From the NCBI GenBank assembly GCA_947652375.1, contig CANTCS010000002.1:15080-79079 (forward strand): a stretch of DNA of 64,000 nt, given 5' to 3'. Each line of letters starts with the position of its first letter. Positions within the stretch are counted from its first letter, which is position 1. This DNA comes from an uncultured Mollicutes bacterium (GTDB lineage Bacteria > Bacillota_I > Bacilli_A > RF39 > UBA660). Below the pieces are notes generated by a model that searched no databases, was not told the DNA's origin, and saw only the letters and a list, made by a program, of their open reading frames with translations. This document shows positions 45,678 through 54,057 of the stretch, one piece after another. The translations under genes and the position numbers were made by a program.

Positions 45678-48600
45678 TTAAACTCTCTCTACTTTAATAC
45701 AAGCTTCTTCCTCATTTAATTGATATTTTTCAGATAACGAGATATCTTTAATTAATTCGTCTCCTAATACCTCTCCCATTATATAATCTTTATACAAAAT
45801 TAACATTTTATCAATAGCTTCTGTTCCATTGTAATAAACTTTTATATGATCAGTGATTATGAAGTCAGCATCTTTTCTTAGAGATTGAATTTTACGAACA
45901 AATTCGCGAGCTAATCCCTCTAAAATTAATTCTTCTGTTAAATCAGTTTCTAATACAACGATAGTTCTATTATTACTAGTTGATGCATAACCATCTTTTT
46001 GTTTTATTGATATTAAAGTATTTTCTTGGTTAAGCTCAAAATCTTCTTGGGAAAGTTTAATAGTAAGTCCTGTGTCATTTATTTGAGAAATTTCATTATT
46101 TGTTAATTTTTGCAAAATTTCTTGTAGTTCTTTAATTTTTGGTCCTAAAGTTTTTCCTAATACTTTAAAATTAGGTTTTACTTGATATTCTAAATATTCA
46201 GTCATATCGCTCATAAATTTGATTTCTTTGACATTTAATTCTTCTTCAATGACTGGTAGTAAATCTCCTATAATTATTTGATCACTTTTTGGTAAAATCA
46301 AACTCGCAATTGGTTGACGAACTTTAATATTTGCTTCTTCACGGGCAAATCTTCCAAGTGAACAAATATCTCTTACTAAATCCATTCTTTCTTCAACAGT
46401 TTCATCTATTAAATCAGTATTTTCAACTGGGAAATCAGCAAGATGAACTGATTCTTCACCAGTTAATTTTTGATAAATTTCTTCTGTCATAAATGGTGTC
46501 ATTGGTGCACATATTTTAGCTAATGTTACTAAAGCTTCATACATAGTAAGATAAACTGCTCTTTTAGATTCTGTTAATTCACTATCCCAAAATCTTCTTC
46601 GATTACTTCTGATATACCAATTAGATAAATCATCATTCAAGAAAGGTATAATTAATTTAGCGGCTTTATTTAAGTCATATTCAGAATATGCTTCATTAAC
46701 ATTTTTTATAAGTTTATTAAGTTTAGAAATTAACCATTTATCAATTAATTCTCTATTTTTTAAAGGAATATCATATTCTCTTGGATCAATATTATCAGCA
46801 TTGGCATACATTTCAAAGAATGAATATGCATTTTTTAATGTAGAAATATATTTTGAATATACTTCTTTTAAACCTTCTACATCAAATTTTAAAGGAGTCC
46901 AAACAGGAGATGCATGAAGCATATAAAATCTAACTGTATCAGCACCATATTCTTCCATAATTTCAAATGGAGAAATAGCATTTCCACGAGATTTATGCAT
47001 TTTTTGACCGTTTTTATCTAGTAATAAATCATTTACTAAAACATTTTTAAAAGATGATTTTCCCATTACAAAAGTAGATATTACAAGAAGGGCATAAAAC
47101 CAACCTCTAGTTTGATCTATTCCTTCACTTATAAAGTCAGCTGGGAATTGTTCTTCAAATAATTCTTTATTTTCAAAAGGATAATGCATTTGAGCAAATG
47201 GCATCGAACCTGAATCAAACCAGCAGTCGATAACATCTTTTACTCGTGTCATCTCTTTTTGACATTTTGAACATTTTATATGAACATCATCTACATATGG
47301 ACGGTGTAGTTCAATTGTTTCATCAATTTCTTCTATTGCTCTTTCTACTAATTCTTGACGAGAGCCAATCATTTCGTCATGACCGCAACTACATCTCCAT
47401 AATGGAATAGGAGTTCCCCAGTAACGATTTCTTGAGATTGACCAATCATTCATATTCTCTAGCCAATTACCAAAACGTTTTTCTCCAACATAATCTGGAT
47501 ACCAATTAATCTTGTTATTTTCTTTAATAATTTCATCTTTTTTGGCTGTTGTTTTAATATATAGAGAAGGTTTTGAATAGTAAACTAGTGGCGTTTTACA
47601 TCTCCAACAATGTGGATAATCATGATTCATTTTTTGTTTTTTAAATAGTTTATCCTCACTAGCTAAATATTTAATAATATCTATTTCTAATTCAGAATCT
47701 ACTACTAGGCGACCTTTCCATGGTCCTTCTGTATAGCAACCATCTTCACCTACTGGATTTAGCATTGCTAAATCATATTTTAATCCTACTTCATAATCAT
47801 CTTGTCCAAAGGCTGGAGCAATATGAACAATACCAGTACCGTCTTCCATAGTAACATAGTCAGCACATGTTACTATGAATGCTTTTTTATTTTCTTTTAT
47901 ACTTAATTCAGGTATAAGTTGTTCATACTCTCTATTTTCTAAATCAGAACCAAGTAGTTCTTCAATAATTTCATAATCTTCACCTAAAACTTTATCTGCT
48001 AAAAGTTTGGCAATGATAAAATTATAACCACGTGATGATACTTTTACATATTTTTCATTTGGATTTACACATAAAGCTACATTTGAAAGTAAAGTCCAAG
48101 GTGTAGTTGTCCAAACTAAATAATAAGTGTTTTCTTCATCTTTGGCTTTAAATGGAACATATACTGTATTAACTGAAATTTCTTTATATCCTTGAGCAAC
48201 TTCATGAGAAGCTAGACCTGTTCCACATCTTGGACACCAAGGTACTATTTTTAAGCCATCATAAATATATCCTTCATCAAATATTTTCTTTAATATCCAC
48301 CATTCTGTTTCAATATAATCATTATTATAAGTAACATATGGATTTTTTAAATCGATAAATTGCCCCATTTCTTTAGTAAATCTTGTGAAGTATTCTTCAT
48401 TTTTCCAAACACTTTCGCGACATTTTTGATTAAATTCTTTAATACCATATTTTTCGATATCACCTTTACCAGTAAAACCTAATTCCTTTTCAACTTGAAC
48501 TTCTACTGGAAGACCGTGAGTATCCCAACCTACTTTTCTTAATACACGATAACCTTGCATTGTTTTATATTTTGTAATTGTATCTTTTAAAAGTTTTGCC

Positions 48601-48779
48601 ATCATATGATGAATTCCTGGCATTCCATTAGCTGTTGCTGGTCCATCATAAAATACAAAATTATCATGATTTTCTCTATTTTTTATTGTTTTATTAAAAA
48701 TATCTTGTTCATCCCAAAATTTACTATATTCATTTTCGACTTTATTAATTTTTTCTTGTGCTAATTTTTCAAACTTCAT
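45678..48779 (-). CDS. ileS: isoleucine--tRNA ligase, type 2 (eukaryote-like long form)
   Basis: 1033 aa with GPATANGMPGIHH (the type-2 HIGH region), GWDTHGLPVE and KMHKSRGN. It lies downstream of an Ile T-box. Confidence 0.9.
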   Translation of the reverse strand: MKFEKLAQEKINKVENEYSKFWDEQDIFNKTIKNRENHDNFVFYDGPATANGMPGIHHMMAKLLKDTITKYKTMQGYRVLRKVGWDTHGLPVEVQVEKELGFTGKGDIEKYGIKEFNQKCRESVWKNEEYFTRFTKEMGQFIDLKNPYVTYNNDYIETEWWILKKIFDEGYIYDGLKIVPWCPRCGTGLASHEVAQGYKEISVNTVYVPFKAKDEENTYYLVWTTTPWTLLSNVALCVNPNEKYVKVSSRGYNFIIAKLLADKVLGEDYEIIEELLGSDLENREYEQLIPELSIKENKKAFIVTCADYVTMEDGTGIVHIAPAFGQDDYEVGLKYDLAMLNPVGEDGCYTEGPWKGRLVVDSELEIDIIKYLASEDKLFKKQKMNHDYPHCWRCKTPLVYYSKPSLYIKTTAKKDEIIKENNKINWYPDYVGEKRFGNWLENMNDWSISRNRYWGTPIPLWRCSCGHDEMIGSRQELVERAIEEIDETIELHRPYVDDVHIKCSKCQKEMTRVKDVIDCWFDSGSMPFAQMHYPFENKELFEEQFPADFISEGIDQTRGWFYALLVISTFVMGKSSFKNVLVNDLLLDKNGQKMHKSRGNAISPFEIMEEYGADTVRFYMLHASPVWTPLKFDVEGLKEVYSKYISTLKNAYSFFEMYANADNIDPREYDIPLKNRELIDKWLISKLNKLIKNVNEAYSEYDLNKAAKLIIPFLNDDLSNWYIRSNRRRFWDSELTESKRAVYLTMYEALVTLAKICAPMTPFMTEEIYQKLTGEESVHLADFPVENTDLIDETVEERMDLVRDICSLGRFAREEANIKVRQPIASLILPKSDQIIIGDLLPVIEEELNVKEIKFMSDMTEYLEYQVKPNFKVLGKTLGPKIKELQEILQKLTNNEISQINDTGLTIKLSQEDFELNQENTLISIKQKDGYASTSNNRTIVVLETDLTEELILEGLAREFVRKIQSLRKDADFIITDHIKVYYNGTEAIDKMLILYKDYIMGEVLGDELIKDISLSEKYQLNEEEACIKVERV

Positions 48780-48790
48780 ATTGTATTCCT

Positions 48791-48973
48791 CTACTTTCTA
48801 TGTTTGTTATCTTTTTTACTAGTTTTATCATAATAATAAGTTGAATTTTTATCTATATCGTGATAAAAAATTACTCTACCTTTTATAAAATCTTGATTTC
48901 TATTTATAATTCCTTTATAGCCTATATTGATTATATTTATAAGATTATTTATTGCAAACATTAATTTATTCAT
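48791..48973 (-). CDS. 60-codon ORF filling the gap between the CaCA gene and ileS
   Basis: Track ORF starting 10 nt after the antiporter stop and ending 12 nt before the ileS start. I recognise no family. Confidence 0.35.
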   Translation of the reverse strand: MNKLMFAINNLINIINIGYKGIINRNQDFIKGRVIFYHDIDKNSTYYYDKTSKKDNKHRK

Positions 48974-48982
48974 AAATCTCTC

Positions 48983-49933
48983 CTAACTCATTAGTACATA
49001 ACTATAGTACGTAATAAAAACTATTAAGAATAATATTCCTTCTTTTTTAGTAATTTTATAATCATTAAAAGAGAACATAAAGAGAAGAATAGCAGCTGCT
49101 ATCATTACTAATAAATCAATATAACTAAATGAAATTACTCCTATACCTCCTAATAGTGCAACAGGAAGTCCAATTACTACTCCAATATTAAAGATATTAC
49201 TTCCTACAACATTTCCAATAGCAATATCATATTCACCTTTTTTAGTTGCTGTTACACTTGTAACTAATTCTGGTAAACTAGTTCCAAAAGCTATTATTGT
49301 TAAGGAAATTATTCTTTGACTTACTCCCATTGTTTCTGCTAAAAATGTGGCTGAGTCTACAACAAAGTTACTTCCTAAAATTATTCCAATTAATCCAGTA
49401 ATAGTAAAGATAAAAGCTTTAAACAATGGTAGAACTTCACTGTCTTCCTCTTTATCTACTTTTTTACGTGCAATTGTTATTAAATAGTATATAAATATCA
49501 TGAAAAATAATAATAAAGCAACGCCATCTCCTCTTGTAAAGGAATTAGTTATTCCTTTATCAAAGATACTATCAGATAATAAAACTGCAAATAAAGTAGA
49601 AATTAACATAGTAATTGGTAATTCTTTTTTTACGGTATTATTTTTAACATTTAAAGTATGAACTAGGCCACAACATCCTAAAATTAATAAAATATTTAAA
49701 ATATTACTACCAATAACATTTCCTAAAACGATATCTCCACTTCCTGATAAAAGTGATTTAATACTAACAGCAAACTCTGGAGCACTTGTTCCAAAGGATA
49801 CTATTGTTAAACCTATTAGCATTTTAGAAACTTTAAAGTTTGCAGCAACACTACTTGCCCCATCAACAAATATGTCTGCACCTTTAATTAAAATTACAAA
49901 TCCTAATACTAATAAAATTATATTTAAAAACAT
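48983..49933 (-). CDS. CaCA-family cation/Ca2+ exchanger (YrbG-like Na+/Ca2+ antiporter)
   Basis: Two alpha-repeats, GTSAPEFAVS and GTSLPELVTS, in a 10-TM, 316-aa protein. RBS AAAGGAGGAA. Confidence 0.85.
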   Translation of the reverse strand: MFLNIILLVLGFVILIKGADIFVDGASSVAANFKVSKMLIGLTIVSFGTSAPEFAVSIKSLLSGSGDIVLGNVIGSNILNILLILGCCGLVHTLNVKNNTVKKELPITMLISTLFAVLLSDSIFDKGITNSFTRGDGVALLLFFMIFIYYLITIARKKVDKEEDSEVLPLFKAFIFTITGLIGIILGSNFVVDSATFLAETMGVSQRIISLTIIAFGTSLPELVTSVTATKKGEYDIAIGNVVGSNIFNIGVVIGLPVALLGGIGVISFSYIDLLVMIAAAILLFMFSFNDYKITKKEGILFLIVFITYYSYVLMS

Positions 49934-49964
49934 AAATTCCTCCTTTTTTTAATCTTATGAGATA

Positions 49965-50192
49965 ATAAAAATAAAAGAACTATTCATCCATAAGGACGAA
50001 TAGTTCGTGGTACCACCTTAATTTATAAGTTAATAACTTATCTTAAAAACTATAACGCGTTACCGTATTTATCTTATCCATAAATCGCAACTTGAAAGTG
50101 ATTTGAATATTTTTTTATAACCTATTTTCACCAACCATAGGCTCTCTACATACTATAAAATACTCCGTCTTTCGCACATGCTTTCGAGATAT
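49965..50192 (-). promoter_or_regulatory. T-box riboswitch leader (Ile, specifier AUC) with terminator/antiterminator
   Basis: On the minus strand: promoter TTGTCA-17-TATATT (50193-50221), Stem I with GGAGTA, distal AGAGAG and GGTGAAA, a specifier loop ...CAA-ATC-A next to the closing helix CTTTC/GAAAG, the T-box sequence AATTAAGGTGGTACCACG (50006-50023), and a terminator hairpin at 49977-50006 followed by a T-run. Confidence 0.85.
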
Positions 50193-50231
50193 AATATATC
50201 ATATTTTACTTTGATTGACAATATTTAATTA

Positions 50232-50649
50232 TTATTTATTAATTAGGCTTTTATAATCTTTATAATTAATTTTTATACTTTTAGTAACATAATTAAAAAG
50301 TTCTATAATATTGTTGCTAGAGATATTTTTTATAGCTTTATCAAATAAGCTAATAAATTCGAAATCATAATCTTCTAAAAAGTTACTAATATCACAATTT
50401 ATATAATTAATCTTACAATAAAGAATTCTTATCTTTTCAATTGTTAAATAATAAGTATTTAAAGCATTACTGTAGTCAAATAATTTAGACTTTTAATAAT
50501 TCCTGATGAAATAAAAAGTCTGGTATAATTTCTTCGATAAAAATTCAGAGTAATAGAACAAATTTCTTCTGCGATAAAAGTTGCTCTTTTTATATTATTG
50601 GTTCTTCTATTTTATTTCTATTAACTATAGCTAGCACTTCTGATTCCAT
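50232..50649 (-). pseudogene. decayed gene of unknown family (at least 2 frame disruptions)
   Basis: The minus strand reads MESEVLAIVNRNKIEEPII*, then NIKRATFIAEEICSITLNFYRRNYTRLFISSGIIKSLNYLTTVML* in another frame, then ALNTYYLTIEKIRILYCKINYINCDISNFLEDYDFEFISLFDKAIKNISSNNIIELFNYVTKSIKINYKDYKSLINK* in a third. Confidence 0.45.
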
Positions 50650-50711
50650 ATTAGAACTCCAATCTGCAATGTAACTTACTGTTACTTTGATTATTTATTA
50701 ATATTAAATAA

Positions 50712-50735
50712 ATATAAAAAGCAAAGTAACTTTGC
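50712..50735 (-). terminator. intrinsic terminator
   Basis: On the minus strand: GCAAAG-TTA-CTTTGC followed by TTTTTAT, downstream of 50860..51666. Confidence 0.5.
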
Positions 50736-50859
50736 TATTCTGGTCGTATATTGAATTTATATAATCAATTCAAAAAAAAGAAGTTTTTCAAAATTTCAAT
50801 ACAAAATTTAACCTATTAAAAATTGATTTCTTCTTACTATTGATATACTACGTTTCACC

Positions 50860-51666
50860 TTATTTAACAAATGAGATATTAGTTAAAATGTACTTATCAT
50901 CTTCTAAAGTAAAAGTATATTCATACTTAGTACTTTCATCGATACATTTTTTTGATGCTCTTGTATTTTTTCTATTTGAGTTTAATGTACATGCTTCAGA
51001 ATAATTTGTGTAATTCGAGTCTGTATAATAAGTATTATAACTATTATTTTCTAACTTTCCGAAAACAACAGCTTCATATAATTGTATGGTGTCTCCTGTT
51101 GCGGTTGCTTTGTATAGAGTAAATTCTGGTCCCTCTGGTCCAGAAGTGCATCCACAACCGCCATTAGGATCTGTTACAAATGTTTTTGTTGCAGAGTCGT
51201 ATTTAAAATTACATATCCACGTATTTTCATTTACTTCCATATTAAATTTTTTTCCAAATATTTCTTTTGCGTTATTATTTAATTCATCATATGTAAAAGA
51301 CTTTACCTCATTAATTTTTTTATTATTTTTTTCTAAGTATTTATTTAAGCCTAGGTATACTGAATATTTTTGTAATTCTTCTAATGATACATTGTTTTCT
51401 TTATACATTTTTATTGTACTTGCATCACAACTATCATAACTTAACTGATTATATAAATCTTGGACTTGATCTGAGTAAATATCTAAATTTTTAGTATCCT
51501 CTTTTTTAGAAGTTTCTTTTTTGACATTTTCTACTTGGTTACTAATTTTTTGATTTTTCTGATTTTTTAGTCTAATATAGTAATCTTCTCCTACTCCAAT
51601 TAATAATCCTATAATTAAAGTAATAAATATTATCAAACCTATGTTACTTTTCTTTTTTTCCTCCAT
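50860..51666 (-). CDS. hypothetical membrane-anchored or secreted protein
   Basis: 268 aa with an N-terminal TM (IGLIIFITLIIGLLIGV). The rest is polar and contains conserved-looking Cys residues (GGCGCTSGPEGPE). Confidence 0.55.
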   Translation of the reverse strand: MEEKKKSNIGLIIFITLIIGLLIGVGEDYYIRLKNQKNQKISNQVENVKKETSKKEDTKNLDIYSDQVQDLYNQLSYDSCDASTIKMYKENNVSLEELQKYSVYLGLNKYLEKNNKKINEVKSFTYDELNNNAKEIFGKKFNMEVNENTWICNFKYDSATKTFVTDPNGGCGCTSGPEGPEFTLYKATATGDTIQLYEAVVFGKLENNSYNTYYTDSNYTNYSEACTLNSNRKNTRASKKCIDESTKYEYTFTLEDDKYILTNISFVK

Positions 51667-51840
51667 ATAATTATTCTCCTTTACTTTTAATTTTCCTATA
51701 TTTATATTTCAATTATATATAGGTTTATTTTTTAATTCAAGAAAAAAATTTCTAAAAATTATTACTTGACATTTTAAATGTAAAAATAGGAAAAATAAAT
51801 TTTTAATGCAAGGTCTTTCTTTATTCAAATATTGGATTTA

Positions 51841-51990
51841 AAAGAGAATTTTACTATTTTAGCTGATAGTGCAAAATACGATGCTTTTTGCTCTTCAAGT
51901 GGCAGTAATAGAAAAAGTGGTCAAGTAGGTAATACTGCTATTGCAGGAATCTGTCATTGATTTGCTGCTGATAGAAGATGCATTCCCTAT
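51841..51990 (+). pseudogene. remnant of the N-terminus of a putative DNA modification/repair radical SAM protein
   Basis: ILADSAKYDAFCSSSGSNRKSGQVGNTAIAGICH*FAADRRCI matches the very conserved N-terminus of that family (AKYD.SC.SSG...GICHS..ADGRCI), from memory. There is an in-frame TGA at 51958-51960 and the similarity is lost after about 50 codons. Confidence 0.55.
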
Positions 51991-52245
51991 TATAATATAA
52001 CTTACACCTTTGTAATTTTTAGACCCTTTGTTTAAATAGAAGAACCAATACTAGTAATTATTAATAAATCTATATCCGAAGTTAGTATTTATCAGTACTC
52101 ACACTACTACCATATAGTATGATTTCAATATCATCTTCTTGTTGGTAATTTTCATTTATTATAAATTGTTCAATTATATCATTTTTTGTTAAATTATTGA
52201 TATTAACACCTTCTTTTATTAAAAATATTTTTCAATTCTTTTTAT

Positions 52246-53013
52246 TTATCTTTTTTTTCTTAGGGATAAAAAGTATTCTTTTGGATGCTCATATTTAGAA
52301 AACAAATCTTCTAAAATTTCCGAGGATTTAGAATACATAGGGGATTTAAAAAGTTCAAATATTTGAAAAACAGCAAATTTTATTTCATCTTTAGTTAGTT
52401 CTTTTAATTTTTCAACTTCTTTTATAAAATATTGTTTTAAAAACCATTCAATTTCAATTTTATTTGAATTTAAAATATCACTTTCAGTTTGAAATGATTT
52501 TTTATACATATCAATATCTGAAAAATATAATTCATAAAGATTGTTTATAATGCTATTTTCTATGCTTCTATCCATCATTAAAATTGCATTTTCAGCTAAG
52601 ACTCTGCTATCCTCTTCCATTAGTTCTATATTTTTTAAAAGTGTTTGTGTTGGTATATCTAACAGAGAAACATTAATTTCTTCATGATAATCCATTACAT
52701 ATGCATCTAATTTATGAGATGACTCATCAAAAATTTCAGAATATAGTTCCCTAGCTTGCAAAGTTCTATTTAATGGTAAATTTTTCATTTCAGAATAAGT
52801 TTCATAAGTAAGAGCAAATGGTCTGCACTCTGCAAAAAAGATTTTAAAGGCAGCTTCTTTATATTTCCAAACACTAGAGTTTTCTCCTGCTCCTAAAAAC
52901 GTAAGTTCTTTAGGGCTAATAATTTTTCCTTTATCGTTAATAAATGAATTATCAGAATATTGTGATAATAAATCTCCTTTTTTGATTTGCTTTTTATTAA
53001 TTTTTCTTAACAT
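52246..53013 (-). CDS. hypothetical protein, possibly with a protein-kinase-like fold
   Basis: A Gly-rich loop-like LGAGENSSVWKY followed by AFKIF, and later MMDRSIENSIIN and FSDIDMY, could be a kinase core. This is a weak call. Confidence 0.4.
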   Translation of the reverse strand: MLRKINKKQIKKGDLLSQYSDNSFINDKGKIISPKELTFLGAGENSSVWKYKEAAFKIFFAECRPFALTYETYSEMKNLPLNRTLQARELYSEIFDESSHKLDAYVMDYHEEINVSLLDIPTQTLLKNIELMEEDSRVLAENAILMMDRSIENSIINNLYELYFSDIDMYKKSFQTESDILNSNKIEIEWFLKQYFIKEVEKLKELTKDEIKFAVFQIFELFKSPMYSKSSEILEDLFSKYEHPKEYFLSLRKKR

Positions 53014-53058
53014 ATTTCCCCCTATTGATTTTATATTATATCATAAAAAAACTAAATT

Positions 53059-53490
53059 CTATGAATTTAGTTCTAAAACTTCAACTTCTTCAATAACTGC
53101 TTTTTGTTGCTCTAAAATGAGTTTAAGCTTTCTTTTAAAAATTTGAAGATTTTTTTCTAATATATCAGCTTTATTTTCAATTTTTTCTGCTTTTAATAAG
53201 GCTTCATTTACAATACGATCAGCATTTAATTTTGCTTCAGTGATTATAGCTTCTCTTTCTTTTGCAGTATTTTTTAAATAAGATACAGTTTCTTTTGCTT
53301 TTGTAATCGCTTGTTTTAAAGTATTTTCAAGATTTTTATAATGTTCAATTTCTTTTTTTAAAATAGAAATTTCTTTGTTTTGATTTTTAACTCTAACTAA
53401 AATTTCTTCTATTTCTTTTATAACATCATTTATAAACTGATTCACTTCATTACGATTATATCCATTAGTTTCACTACTAAATTTTCTCAT
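53059..53490 (-). CDS. divIVA: DivIVA-domain protein
   Basis: N-terminal F....NGYNRNEVNQFINDV motif followed by a coiled coil. Confidence 0.85.
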   Translation of the reverse strand: MRKFSSETNGYNRNEVNQFINDVIKEIEEILVRVKNQNKEISILKKEIEHYKNLENTLKQAITKAKETVSYLKNTAKEREAIITEAKLNADRIVNEALLKAEKIENKADILEKNLQIFKRKLKLILEQQKAVIEEVEVLELNS

Positions 53491-53511
53491 ATAATCACCT
53501 CAGAAATATTT

Positions 53512-53949
53512 TTAAAAGAAATCTTCTTCTTCATTTGTGTCAATATTTTTGTCTGATTTTTTTCCTCTTCCATTTTTTTGATTATGATTTTCATCACTTA
53601 TTTTACCTTCAACATTAACATTATTTGGTGTACATAAGAAAATTCCACCACCTAATTTTTGAAGATCTCCACCAATAGCATAGATAGTACCATATAGAAA
53701 ATCAACTATTCTTTTTGCTTGATCTGGTGTTACTCTTTTTAAATTTACAACTACTGCACTTCTATTTTTTAAATAGTCGGCAATTTGTTGACTTTCGGAA
53801 TAAGCACGTGGTTCTAGAAGCATCATTTTTGAACCAGCAAGACCATTTTGCTCATGAAATTCTTCACGTGAGGTTTTGTAATAAGCTTCTTCTCCTGATA
53901 TATCATTAGAATCATCGCCACCAAAAAAACCTTTTAATTTATCTTTCAT
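53512..53949 (-). CDS. sepF: cell division protein SepF
   Basis: The C-terminal domain [43 protein letters not shown] is typical of SepF. Confidence 0.9.
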   Translation of the reverse strand: MKDKLKGFFGGDDSNDISGEEAYYKTSREEFHEQNGLAGSKMMLLEPRAYSESQQIADYLKNRSAVVVNLKRVTPDQAKRIVDFLYGTIYAIGGDLQKLGGGIFLCTPNNVNVEGKISDENHNQKNGRGKKSDKNIDTNEEEDFF

Positions 53950-54057
53950 AATTTATTCCTCCATTTTATTATTCTTGTTTATTTTACTATTATTTAGTTT
54001 AACATATATTTAGAAAAAGAGAAAGTCTTAAATTAACGATTTATATAAAATTTATTA

